Assembly (NCBI GenBank): GCA_964430735.1
Contig: CAYSFB010000001.1
Span: forward strand, 60,082-124,081
Origin: an uncultured Planctomycetia bacterium
Lineage (GTDB): Bacteria > Omnitrophota > Gorgyraeia > 2-02-FULL-51-18 > JAGOUK01
DNA length: 64,000 bases
Direction: 5' to 3'
The notes under the pieces are model-generated. The model saw only the letters and a list, made by a program, of their open reading frames with translations. It did no database searches and had not been told where the DNA came from. The translations under genes were made by a program, and so were the position numbers. Each line of letters opens with the position of its first letter. Position 1 is the stretch's first letter. Shown here piece by piece: positions 26,470 through 35,945 of this stretch.

Positions 26470-27552
26470 CTACCGACCCTTCTTGACGCAAGCGCGATAG
26501 GCTTCGACCGTATCCGCGGCGACCTTTTCCCACGTGAAGTTGGCGAGGATATGCCGTTTGAGTTCGGTCTGGTCCTTGCGGTCCATCGCCGCCCGGAGCG
26601 CCCGCGCGATCGAGTCGGGGCTTCCGGGATCAAAATATTCAACGCGCGATCCAAAGTATTCGCGGGTCGATCCGCCTTCGGTCGCCGCGACGTGCGCTCC
26701 CGCCAGCGCGGCCTCCATTGCGACGAGTCCCGGCGTCTCGAACCAGCCCGGCAGCGCGTACAAGGATGCGGCCGCATACGCAGACGCCAGAATCGGATCG
26801 CCATGCGCAAATCCGCCGGCAAAAACGGTGAACCCCTCCCCTTCGCGCCGGCACGCGTCGGCATACGCCTCGAAGCCGCTGACCGGCTTGCCGATCACCA
26901 CGAGCTTCGCGCCCGGGATCCGGCGCACGGCCCGGATCAGGTTGAGCTGATTTTTGCGCGGCTCGATGCGGCCCACGGTCAGAATGAACTTTTCGCTCCC
27001 GTGCGCGGCGCGCCATGCGGCGGGATCGGCGTCGGCAAATTTGGGATCGACGCCGTTGTAAACGACGGTCATGCGCTCCTTCGGCAGGGCGAAGAGCCGC
27101 GCGAGCTGGTCGAGCTCCATCACCGAGTTCGGAAAAATCAGGTCAGACGCCAGCATCATCGACCGGCGGCCCGACGGAAAAGCCGGACAAGCCAGCTTCA
27201 TCGCATGACGCAGCGTGAGGATCGCTTTTTCGCGGAGCGGGCCGTAACAGCCGAAGGCGCGCTTCCAGGAGGACCAGAACAGCGGCGTGATCGCGACCTT
27301 GGTTCCGCGCACGCGGGCCACGCGGATGAGGTCCAGACATTCTTTGACCGAACCGAAGACGTGGATGAGGTCGAAGTCCTCAAGCCGGTCCTTCCACATG
27401 TCGAAGAGCTTCACTTCCGTGCCCGTGCGCTCGACGTACTCCTTCATCTTGAGCAGGAGGATCTCGCCGCCGCCGATGTTCTGAAACGCCGACGCGTACG
27501 AAACGTACGCGACGCGAAGCGGACGGGAGGCGGGAGGAAGTCGGTCAGCCAT
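26470..27552 (-). CDS. glycosyltransferase family 4
   Basis: Start MADRLPPASRPLRVAYVSY at 27552; GT-B fold with ETPGLVAMEAALAGAHVAA. Confidence 0.65.
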   Translation of the reverse strand: MADRLPPASRPLRVAYVSYASAFQNIGGGEILLLKMKEYVERTGTEVKLFDMWKDRLEDFDLIHVFGSVKECLDLIRVARVRGTKVAITPLFWSSWKRAFGCYGPLREKAILTLRHAMKLACPAFPSGRRSMMLASDLIFPNSVMELDQLARLFALPKERMTVVYNGVDPKFADADPAAWRAAHGSEKFILTVGRIEPRKNQLNLIRAVRRIPGAKLVVIGKPVSGFEAYADACRREGEGFTVFAGGFAHGDPILASAYAAASLYALPGWFETPGLVAMEAALAGAHVAATEGGSTREYFGSRVEYFDPGSPDSIARALRAAMDRKDQTELKRHILANFTWEKVAADTVEAYRACVKKGR

Positions 27553-28681
27553 GACGCACCGCGGCGGCCAGCATGCGTTCGGACGCGCGGCCGTCGCCGT
27601 AGGGATTGCGCCAGGTGCGCGGACGCTTCGCCATGAGGAGCGCGGCGCGGACGATGTCTTTTGAGCGCACGCCGGCCAGGATATTACCGCCCGCGCGGAC
27701 CGTTTCGGGCCGCTCGGTCGTGGTGCGCAGCGTGACGCATAGAACGCGCAGGATGCAGGTCTCTTCCTGCAGGCCGCCGGAGTCGGTGAGGACGATGCCG
27801 GCATGCGACTGAAGCACCAAAAACGCAAGGTAGCCGACGGGCTCGATCAGCGTGAAGCGGTCGGAGAGACGGATGCCAAAAGCATCGATCTTGGCGCGCG
27901 TCCGCGGATGGATCGGAAACACGATCCGCATCCCGAGCCGGACCGACGCTTCCTCGATCCCCTTGAGCAATTCTTTGAGGCGCGCGGGATCGTCGACGTT
28001 TTCCTGCCGGTGCAGGGTCACGAGGATGTAGCAGCCGGATTTTTCGGCGGTCAGGTCGCGGAGCTTGAGGCGGCGGTGCGCGATGCGCAGGTTCTGCCGG
28101 ACCGCGTCGACGACGGAATTGCCGGTGACGATGATTTTGCGCGGGTCGATCCCCTCTTTGAGCGCGTTGCGGCGCGACAGGTCCGTCGGAACGAAGAGCA
28201 GGTCCGAAAGGTGGTCGGTCACGACACGGTTCACTTCCTCGGGCATGTCGCGGTCATAGCTGCGCAAGCCCGCTTCCACATGGCACAGGAGCGGTCTGAG
28301 GCCGGAGGTCCGGTGCGCGGTCGAGGCCTTGGCCGCGCAGAGCGCGCCGGCCAGCACCGTGTTCGTGTCGCCCTGGACAAAGACGTGCGTGGGCTTTTCC
28401 TTGTAAAAAACGTCTTCGATGCGCTGGATCATCCGCGCGACGTGATCGCCCTGGCGGTTGTTGCGGGAGCGGATCTTCAGCTGATAGGCCGGACGCGGGA
28501 GTTCGAGCTCTTCGAAAAACACGCGGTCCATGTTCGGCGAATAGTGCTGTCCCGAGTGGACCTGAAAATAAGGGATTTTGCGCTTTTCGAAGAGCCGCAG
28601 GAACGGCGAGAGCTTGATGATCTCGGGCCGGGTTCCGAACACGAGCGCGATCTTTACGCGCGGACGGGGCGCAGCGGGCAT
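27545..28681 (-). CDS. wecB: UDP-N-acetylglucosamine 2-epimerase (WecB/NeuC family)
   Basis: 378 aa. KIALVFGTRPEIIKLSP and HVEAGLRSYD motifs. Confidence 0.8.
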   Translation of the reverse strand: MPAAPRPRVKIALVFGTRPEIIKLSPFLRLFEKRKIPYFQVHSGQHYSPNMDRVFFEELELPRPAYQLKIRSRNNRQGDHVARMIQRIEDVFYKEKPTHVFVQGDTNTVLAGALCAAKASTAHRTSGLRPLLCHVEAGLRSYDRDMPEEVNRVVTDHLSDLLFVPTDLSRRNALKEGIDPRKIIVTGNSVVDAVRQNLRIAHRRLKLRDLTAEKSGCYILVTLHRQENVDDPARLKELLKGIEEASVRLGMRIVFPIHPRTRAKIDAFGIRLSDRFTLIEPVGYLAFLVLQSHAGIVLTDSGGLQEETCILRVLCVTLRTTTERPETVRAGGNILAGVRSKDIVRAALLMAKRPRTWRNPYGDGRASERMLAAAVRHG

Positions 28682-28684
28682 GGC

Positions 28685-29869
28685 CTAAACGAGCTGTTCC
28701 AGGTCCGGCTTGCGGCCCTGACGGACGAAGGTGTCGTGCATCCAGATCGCCTGAAGCGCGAACATCGTCCCCCACGCGTTCAAATGGATGCGCATGCGTC
28801 CGTCGGTGTCGGATCCGTACAGGAATCCGCCGTTCTGGCCGCCGAGTTCCGCGAACTGGAAAAGCCCGAGGTGCGCGCGCACGCGCTGGAGGTCGCGCGC
28901 GTCGAGCTCGGATGCACCCCGCGCATGCAGGATGGAGCCGATGCGCAGGATCTGCGCGACGATGTCCGATCGTTCGTGGAACGCGAAGCTGTCGTGTTCG
29001 TAGATCGCGGACACGGACCCGTTTTCCGAAATGGCCTTGCGGGCCCATGCGAGCCCCTTGGCGGCGGACGCGAGCCAGGCCTTTTTGCCGAGGAAGGCCT
29101 CGCCGTACAACAGGCCTTCAAGGGTGTACGAGTGCGGGTGCAGGTGCGTGCTGGAGTCGGAGCGGTTCGTGATGAAGCGGCCGTCCTTCTGCTGAAGCGA
29201 CACGGTGTGGTCGAGAAGCGCCTCGGCCTCACGCCGGTCGGCCGCGTCGCCCGTGATCCGGTAGTAATCGATGAGAAAAAGCGCCAGCTTGGCATGGAAT
29301 CCGCCCGGCTGATCCGACCACTTGCCGAAGTTCTGCCCCGTGCTCCGGGTTTTGGCGTCCCAGTACGGCGCGATCACGCCGCGGTGTTTGAGGGTGCGGG
29401 TCAAAAAGCGGTGCATCGACTGCGCCGCGCGCCACAGCTTCGGGTCGGGAGCGATCTTGTGCAGTTGCAGCAGACCGTAGCCGGCCATCGCGGTGTCGAA
29501 CGCGTACACATAACCGGAATCGAACGAATAATTCGGAGTTTTGTAATTCTTGACCAGGTAGTACCGGGTTTTGACGCCGCCGCACGGATGCATCGCGTTG
29601 CGCAGCAGCCAGTCCGCCGCGGCCTGCGCGCACCGGACCCAGCGGCGATCCGGGGAGATCCGGTTCATGAACGCGAATGTCGTGATCGCGTAACCGGTGA
29701 TTTCGGAGTACAGGAACGGGTAACGGCGCAAATGGATTTCGTACCAGGCGGATACGCCTCCTCGCAGCGCGGGCCGCGCAGATGCCGACTGGATGCCGGA
29801 ACCGGCCAGCCATTCGGCCGCGTCGAGCACGGGCCGGGTGATCTCAGATTTTTTTGAGGATGGTTTCAT
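28685..29869 (-). CDS. hypothetical protein, probably (alpha/alpha)6-toroid fold (AGE / PL5-alginate-lyase-like?)
   Basis: 394 aa, soluble, with repeated aromatic-rich helices and HLHPHSYTLEGLLY and NAWGTMFALQA blocks. The family assignment is weak. Confidence 0.3.
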   Translation of the reverse strand: MKPSSKKSEITRPVLDAAEWLAGSGIQSASARPALRGGVSAWYEIHLRRYPFLYSEITGYAITTFAFMNRISPDRRWVRCAQAAADWLLRNAMHPCGGVKTRYYLVKNYKTPNYSFDSGYVYAFDTAMAGYGLLQLHKIAPDPKLWRAAQSMHRFLTRTLKHRGVIAPYWDAKTRSTGQNFGKWSDQPGGFHAKLALFLIDYYRITGDAADRREAEALLDHTVSLQQKDGRFITNRSDSSTHLHPHSYTLEGLLYGEAFLGKKAWLASAAKGLAWARKAISENGSVSAIYEHDSFAFHERSDIVAQILRIGSILHARGASELDARDLQRVRAHLGLFQFAELGGQNGGFLYGSDTDGRMRIHLNAWGTMFALQAIWMHDTFVRQGRKPDLEQLV

Positions 29870-30479
29870 AAAGTCCTTTGGGGATTTTGTGCGAAAAAGT
29901 TTTTTTCGGATTCGAGAGCGTTACCTGCTGGCCGCGCTCCGAGGCAAATTCCAGGCGGTTGCCGGCCGTGTCCACAAAACCTTTGATCCGCGCCGGATTC
30001 CCGGCGACCAGCGCGTGGTCCGGTACGCTGCGCGTCACCACGGATCCCGCTGCGACAACCGCATAGCGGCCGATCTTGACGTTCGGCAGCACCTGGACGC
30101 CGGCGCCGATGCTCGCGCCGCGGCGCACGGTGATCCCCTCGCCGCGGATGTCGCGGATGCGGTTGGCGCGCGGCAGCGGGTCGTTCAAAAAAGCGGTCAT
30201 CGGCCCCACGAACACGTCATCCTCGATCGTCAGGTTCCGGTACAGGAGGGCGCGGTTATGGATGTTGCAGCGGTCGCCGACACGGACGCCGCTGTCGATA
30301 TACGCTCCGTTGCCGATGATGCAGGCGCGGCCGATCTTCACGCCTTCACGGATCTGGACGAAGGCCCAGACCTTGGACCCCGTGCCGATCACGGCCGACG
30401 CGTCCACGATGGCGGTCGGCTCGATGTGCGCCCGGGACGCCCCGGAGCGCGGGCTTAGGCGCGGTTTTGCAGCGCCCAT
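29844..30479 (-). CDS. left-handed beta-helix (hexapeptide-repeat) sugar N-acetyltransferase (PglD/WbpD/LegH-like)
   Basis: Hexapeptide repeats IGTGSKVWAFVQIREGVKIGRACIIGNGAYIDSGVRVGDRCNIHN. The start near 30479 is uncertain. Confidence 0.6.
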   Translation of the reverse strand: MGAAKPRLSPRSGASRAHIEPTAIVDASAVIGTGSKVWAFVQIREGVKIGRACIIGNGAYIDSGVRVGDRCNIHNRALLYRNLTIEDDVFVGPMTAFLNDPLPRANRIRDIRGEGITVRRGASIGAGVQVLPNVKIGRYAVVAAGSVVTRSVPDHALVAGNPARIKGFVDTAGNRLEFASERGQQVTLSNPKKTFSHKIPKGLYETILKKI

Positions 30480-31426
30480 TCGACGTTGCGGCGGACGCCT
30501 TCTTCGAACCGGACGCGCGGGCGCCAGCCGAAGAGTTTTTTGGCCAAAGACCAATCGCAGATGAGACGCTTCACCTGAGACTGGCGGTCGCCCGTGTGAA
30601 CGATCGGCGACTTGCTGTTCAGGGCTTTGAGGATGAGCTGTGCGGTTTTTTTGATCGTCTCGTCGCGGCCGGTACCGAAGTTGACCGCCTGGCCGACCGC
30701 CTTGGGGTGATGACCCATGACGAGGAAGGCGTCGATCATGTCGTCGACATAGGTGAAGTCCCGGGTCTGAAGACCGTCGCCGTGCACCGTGAGCGGCTTG
30801 CCGGCCATCGCGAGCGTGATGAACTTGGGGATCACGTCGTAGGTATGGCGCGGTCCGAAGGTGTTGAAGGGCCGGATGATCGAGATGGGCGTCCCGTACG
30901 TGTTCCAATAGGAATACGCGGTGCGGTCGGCGGCGACCTTCGAGGCCGCGTACGGCGACGAGGGGTTGAGCGGATGGTCCTCGTCGATGGGCGCGTACTG
31001 GGCGGTGCCGTAGATCTCGCTCGAAGACGTGCAGACCAGACGCTTGAGTTTGGGCATTTCGCGCGCGGCGTCGAGCATGTTGACGGTGCCGGTGAAATTG
31101 GATTCCATGACTTCGCGCGGATGGTCGAACGAGTTCGGGACATAAGCGTCCGCGGCCAGATGGAAGATGTATTCGGGGGCGTTGTCCTTGATGAGCGCGA
31201 TCGAGTCGTGGCTGGCCAGATCGCCCGTGAGGATGGCTTTGAACTTTTTCTCGCGGCCCTTGAGGTTGCGGAGCGAATATTTAACCGTGCCGTTCACCGA
31301 GTTGCCGCGCACGAAGATCGAGACATGCGCGCCGTAACCGAGCAGGCGGTCGGTCAGGTGGGAGCCCATGAACCCGTCCGCTCCGGTGACCAGGACCCGC
31401 TTATTTTTCCAGGAATGAGATGCCAT
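30455..31426 (-). CDS. NAD-dependent sugar-nucleotide epimerase/dehydratase (extended SDR)
   Basis: VLVTGADGFMGSHL Rossmann motif and the YAASK catalytic dyad. Confidence 0.75.
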   Translation of the reverse strand: MASHSWKNKRVLVTGADGFMGSHLTDRLLGYGAHVSIFVRGNSVNGTVKYSLRNLKGREKKFKAILTGDLASHDSIALIKDNAPEYIFHLAADAYVPNSFDHPREVMESNFTGTVNMLDAAREMPKLKRLVCTSSSEIYGTAQYAPIDEDHPLNPSSPYAASKVAADRTAYSYWNTYGTPISIIRPFNTFGPRHTYDVIPKFITLAMAGKPLTVHGDGLQTRDFTYVDDMIDAFLVMGHHPKAVGQAVNFGTGRDETIKKTAQLILKALNSKSPIVHTGDRQSQVKRLICDWSLAKKLFGWRPRVRFEEGVRRNVEWALQNRA

Positions 31427-31466
31427 GAAAAACGCCTTTCTATTAGGGAAATGTGCCCTTAAAAGG

Positions 31467-32258
31467 TCATATGTTAGCAGAAAGATTACCCGGTTTGTTC
31501 CAAAATTTGGCCAACCGGACGAACTCGTAATAGCCGCTCAAAAATGCGTAAACAAAGCCCGCCCAGCCGTCGGCCAGGCCGAGCTGGAGGAAGTACTTTT
31601 GGCCGAATCGGGCGATGGGTCTGAGCCAGATATCGCTGCGGCGGCCGGCTCCCTGCCCCCCGTCCTGGCTCCGGTCGCGGAGCGACTCGACTTCGAGGTC
31701 TGTGTAATGGTTCAGCTTGCGAAGGTAGTCCTTGGCCGTGAGGGTCGTGTAGTGGAGGAGCGGTGAACGGAGGCGATCCACCCGTCCCTCAACCCGGACT
31801 TCTTCGTGAATCTTGCCGGCGAAGGATCCCGCCGATCGGCGAAAAAACCGGACAGGCCGATCCGATTGATGTCCGCCGAAACGCAGCGCCTGTCCCATGA
31901 AAAATGTCCGGCGCGGGATCCGGTAGCCGGCGGCCACGCCGGTGTCAGCGGCGTCAGGACCGTCCGCCAGCACCCGGCGGATCTCGGCGGCCAGTTCCGG
32001 CGTGACCGCTTCGTCCGCGTCGATGGACAGGATCCAATCATGGGACGCCAGCGAAACGGCGTGGTTTTTTTGCGCGGCGAAGGAATCAAAGGTCCGCAGA
32101 TGCACGCGTGCGCCGTGAAGCGCGGCGATCGCCGCGGTCCGGTCCGACGACCCCGAATCCAAAACGACGATTTCGTCGCAGAATGCGACGCTCGCGAGCG
32201 TGCGCTCCAGCGTGGCTTCGGCATTTTTTGCGATGAGGACTGCGGTGAGTTTTTTCAC
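31467..32258 (-). CDS. glycosyltransferase family 2, WaaE/KdtX-like (third paralog of 16113-17683)
   Basis: LTAVLIAKNAEATL...LDSGSSDRT; same architecture as the two tandem GT2s at 16.1-17.7 kb. Confidence 0.6.
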   Translation of the reverse strand: MKKLTAVLIAKNAEATLERTLASVAFCDEIVVLDSGSSDRTAAIAALHGARVHLRTFDSFAAQKNHAVSLASHDWILSIDADEAVTPELAAEIRRVLADGPDAADTGVAAGYRIPRRTFFMGQALRFGGHQSDRPVRFFRRSAGSFAGKIHEEVRVEGRVDRLRSPLLHYTTLTAKDYLRKLNHYTDLEVESLRDRSQDGGQGAGRRSDIWLRPIARFGQKYFLQLGLADGWAGFVYAFLSGYYEFVRLAKFWNKPGNLSANI

Positions 32259-33193
32259 ACGGTCCTCGAGACTGCGAAGATGGCTTCATCGTTGCGGACC
32301 GAGCGTTCGGCGGCGGTCGCGCGGCGGCGGTCGAGGGCCCGGCCCAGCCGGCCGAATGCGTCCCATAATCCGAGAGCCAGACCCCAGCGGCCGCGCGCGA
32401 GGTCCCAAACGAGCCGGAACGGGAGCAGCAGAAGGTATTGCGCCCAGAGGCGCGGGCTGCGGATATTTTTCCAGATAAAAAGATGGAGGTTGCGGCGGTT
32501 CATCCTCAGGATGCCGTTCAATCCGAACTCGCGTTTGAAGCTCGTCTGTCCCATGTGATACACGACGCTGTCCGGCCGGTACATCCCCTTCCAGCCGCGC
32601 CGGTACGCGCGGAAACAGAGGTCCGCATCCTCGACCGTTCCCGGAAGATAAAGGTCGTCGAATCCCCCGAGTTCGAGGAACATGCTGCGGCGGAAGGCGC
32701 CGAAGCCCGTTTGCATCGTGGGGCCGGGCGTGTTTATTTGCTTTTCGTGGCCCGGAAACACCGCAGCGCCCCACAGGAATCCCGAACGGAATTCCCACTT
32801 GGCCCGTCCGCCCTCATACGCGGTCCCATCGTATTTCATCGTCTTCGGCGCGGCAAAAAAAACGTCCGCATCTTCTTCGAGCGCGCGCAGCAGAGGGTCG
32901 ATGAAGTCCGGCTCGACGCGGATGTCGTTGTTGAGCAGGATCACCGCTTCTTCCGGCGTCGCCTCAACCAGCGCGTTGTAGGAGCAGAAGATGCGGTTGG
33001 ACGGAGCGTCGATCCATTCCGCCGACGGAACATGCTCACGCACGTACTCGCGGCTCGCGTCCCGGCTGCAGTTGTCGAGGACGGTGAGCCGGACGGCGCG
33101 CGAACTGCGCCGCACGGCCTCGACAATGGACGGAAGGCATTGCTCGAGGATCGTGCGTCCGTTGTAGTTCAGGACGATGATCCGGCAGTTCAT
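32255..33193 (-). CDS. glycosyltransferase family 2 (rhamnosyltransferase/WbbL-like)
   Basis: Start MNCRIIVLNYNG at 33193 (ATGA overlap); NNDIRV DxD region and EDADLCFRAYRRGWK block. Confidence 0.6.
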   Translation of the reverse strand: MNCRIIVLNYNGRTILEQCLPSIVEAVRRSSRAVRLTVLDNCSRDASREYVREHVPSAEWIDAPSNRIFCSYNALVEATPEEAVILLNNDIRVEPDFIDPLLRALEEDADVFFAAPKTMKYDGTAYEGGRAKWEFRSGFLWGAAVFPGHEKQINTPGPTMQTGFGAFRRSMFLELGGFDDLYLPGTVEDADLCFRAYRRGWKGMYRPDSVVYHMGQTSFKREFGLNGILRMNRRNLHLFIWKNIRSPRLWAQYLLLLPFRLVWDLARGRWGLALGLWDAFGRLGRALDRRRATAAERSVRNDEAIFAVSRTV

Positions 33194-33984
33194 TTTTTGT
33201 AGCAAATGTAGGTCATCTGCGCGGCGGTGATCCACGGCAGGTGCTTTTCGCACCAGGCGCCGGCCTTGAGGGCGAAGGGACCGGCCTCGTCGTAGGTTTT
33301 TTTGTCGCGCAGGAACCCGAACGTCGAGACGATCGCGTGCGCGTGGTCCATCGCGTGGATCTCGCGGACCTCGAAGCCTTCGTTTTCGAGGATGCGTTTG
33401 AGCTTGTTCTTGGGGAAATACTGCTCCCAGTAATGGGTGTCGAGCGGCTTTTTGAGGAGTTTGCGCAGCCACGTCCAGCTCTTGGCCCAGCGGAGCGGCG
33501 CTTCCAGGCGCATGAACAGATGGTTGCGCGGCACGGCGCAGACGAACACGCCGCCGGGCTTGAGGACGCGGCGCGCTTCGCGGATCGCCTTTTCGGGACC
33601 TTCGGTGAAGTGCTCGATGACGCCGAGCGAGAGGTAACCGCCGAACGTATTGTCCGGGAACGGGATCTTGGTCACATCGCCGACCTGGACGGGCAGCCGG
33701 TAATCGAACTGCTTGATCTTGCGGATCGGGCCTTCGTTGTAGTCGATCCCCTCGACGTCGTAGCCGAGCTGGCGGAGGCGGATCAGATAGGGCCCGAGGC
33801 CGCAGCCGCCTTCGAGGATGCGCTCGTTCTTGGGCAGCACGCGCTGGTACAGCTCCATCTGCTTTTGGACGCGCTGGTACTTGAAGATCTCGAGGACGGA
33901 GTCCATCGTGATGCCTTCCCAATTTTTTTCCCAGGCTTCCTTGGTCAGGGCGTCGGTGTCGGCGTGGTGGTCGTGAGAGCTCAT
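33190..33984 (-). CDS. class I SAM-dependent methyltransferase
   Basis: Start MSSHDHH at 33984. Motif I ILEGGCGLGPY; motif post-I LKPGGVFV. Confidence 0.65.
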   Translation of the reverse strand: MSSHDHHADTDALTKEAWEKNWEGITMDSVLEIFKYQRVQKQMELYQRVLPKNERILEGGCGLGPYLIRLRQLGYDVEGIDYNEGPIRKIKQFDYRLPVQVGDVTKIPFPDNTFGGYLSLGVIEHFTEGPEKAIREARRVLKPGGVFVCAVPRNHLFMRLEAPLRWAKSWTWLRKLLKKPLDTHYWEQYFPKNKLKRILENEGFEVREIHAMDHAHAIVSTFGFLRDKKTYDEAGPFALKAGAWCEKHLPWITAAQMTYICYKK

Positions 33985-34009
33985 AGGGGATCCCTTCCGA
34001 TGGTGGTTT

Positions 34010-35842
34010 TTATAAAATCCTGTAAATGACGTACGAGCGGCCCTGCGAACGGACGACGAGCTCGTCTTTAAAATACTTCCGACTCGCAGCGCGCTCCGCC
34101 ACGATCCGCTCCGTCTCGGTCGCGGTCCCCTGACCGGCTTCGAGGTCCGACAACAGCACATGCGTGAATCCGAGCGAACGCAGGTACCGCGCATAAGCAG
34201 CCGCGTCCTTCGGCCGATCGGCGGCAGGCGTCATTCTCTCAAAATCCCCAGCCAGCGTGAACCGCTGATCAAAGTAAAAGCCGCGCACTTCTCCGGCCGA
34301 GAGAATCCACGCGTCCACGCCCAAAAACCGGTTGGCCTCCCGTGCCGTACGCGAACTGCGTTCGTTGGCGTCCAGATAGGCGCGCCGATCTCCGCCGGTG
34401 ATCCAAAGCCGCGCTTCATCTGCAAAGTAATATGGAGCAAATGCGCTCTGCAGCAGGATCAGGAATAAAAAAAGTCCCGTGAGCACGCGGCGAGGCGCGG
34501 CATGAGCTGTCTCCCGGATCCAGGAGGCCGCAGCGATCCCGCACAAAACCGCCGACCAGGCAAACACCGCATAAAAAAACCGGATGTTCGGGTCAACCTT
34601 GAACCAGGGCGCGGCATAGGCCAGTAACGCGACCGCCGTCCACTTGGCCGCAGGTGTTCGACACGCCCACAGCAGAATCAAAGGTGCGCAGGCCAAAAAC
34701 AACGGACCCGTGAGCTCGCCTCCGAACCAGTCAGGATGCATCGTCACATCCCACGGCAGCAGAAAAAAGGCCCAAAGCCCGCTTCCGCGGCCATGCGAAT
34801 CAACATAAGTCAGGTCTTCAAACCCGTTGCCACCAAAGATACCGGGGTAGAACGGATAGACAGGATTCCCCGTGAGGATCCAGGAGCGGATATACCAAAC
34901 ACAGCCGGCGGCCACAGCTCCGACTGCGATCCGAAACGCTCCGATCCAAAATGCCCGCGGCTGACCTGCTTTATGCGCCCAGATACATGCAATCGCCGCG
35001 ACCGGAAAGAGGGAAAAAAGACCGATGAGTTTGACGGACGCCGCCAACCCGCAGGCGATTCCGGCGAGCCAAGCCCAGCCGGACGATAGCCGCTGCGCCC
35101 ACGCGCAGGCTGCATAAAACGCCAAGAAGACGTACAGCGCCAGCGCATGATCGATATAGGCATATCCTGCCTGGGCAAAAGCTGCCGGGGTGGCCAAATA
35201 ACAAACGGCGGCGATCCAGCCGGCTTTTCCGCTCACAAAGCGGCGGGCGAACGAGCCGACAGCGGCGGCGGTGAGCACATAAAAGATCCAATGAAAAAGC
35301 TTGGCCGCTTCCGCGCCCTGGATCAAAAGTCCGAGCGTGAACAGCATGTGTGAGAGATAGGGCCACAGCGCATTCACCGAATACGGAACGGCATAGATCT
35401 CACCGGCGCGCACATAGTTCTGGGGCTGAACGAGGTGGTAACAGAGCTCGTCCTGACCCACGGCGGGAGCGAGCGCCGCCGCCAACGAAAAGAAAAGGCA
35501 GGTTGAGGCCGGGATAACCAAAGACCTCTCGAACCAGGATGCTCCCCCCCAAGCGGATGAGGCCGCTGCGGCACCGGCTTTGAACTCCCCGGCCAATCTC
35601 CGCAACCCCACGGACAGCAGCAACACCAAGCCGATCAAAAAAACTTCCTTGCGCAGCCAGCCGGCGCTGCCGACCGCCAAAACGACGTAAGCCAAAGCGG
35701 CCAAACCCAGCGCCAGCGTCCACACCCAGCGCTCAAGCCGCGATGCGCCGATCTTCCAGCGGTCAGTGATGCGCAATCCCGTGCCGAGGATGCCGGCGAC
35801 CACGCAAAGCCCCAGCGCCAGCGCTTCCCAGGGAGCGCTCAT
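34010..35842 (-). CDS. GT-C-like polytopic membrane glycosyltransferase (GT39/PMT-like)
   Basis: At least 12 predicted TM helices, a large periplasmic C-terminal domain, and a probable start MSAPWEALALGL at 35842. Confidence 0.45.
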   Translation of the reverse strand: MSAPWEALALGLCVVAGILGTGLRITDRWKIGASRLERWVWTLALGLAALAYVVLAVGSAGWLRKEVFLIGLVLLLSVGLRRLAGEFKAGAAAASSAWGGASWFERSLVIPASTCLFFSLAAALAPAVGQDELCYHLVQPQNYVRAGEIYAVPYSVNALWPYLSHMLFTLGLLIQGAEAAKLFHWIFYVLTAAAVGSFARRFVSGKAGWIAAVCYLATPAAFAQAGYAYIDHALALYVFLAFYAACAWAQRLSSGWAWLAGIACGLAASVKLIGLFSLFPVAAIACIWAHKAGQPRAFWIGAFRIAVGAVAAGCVWYIRSWILTGNPVYPFYPGIFGGNGFEDLTYVDSHGRGSGLWAFFLLPWDVTMHPDWFGGELTGPLFLACAPLILLWACRTPAAKWTAVALLAYAAPWFKVDPNIRFFYAVFAWSAVLCGIAAASWIRETAHAAPRRVLTGLFLFLILLQSAFAPYYFADEARLWITGGDRRAYLDANERSSRTAREANRFLGVDAWILSAGEVRGFYFDQRFTLAGDFERMTPAADRPKDAAAYARYLRSLGFTHVLLSDLEAGQGTATETERIVAERAASRKYFKDELVVRSQGRSYVIYRIL

Positions 35843-35945
35843 CGGATCGCTCCCCCCGCCTTTTCGGCGAATTGAGGCCAGATAAAAAGCACCGCAAACG
35901 CCGTCGTCACCAGAAGCATCCACAGGAGTCCGAGCCCGAATTTTT

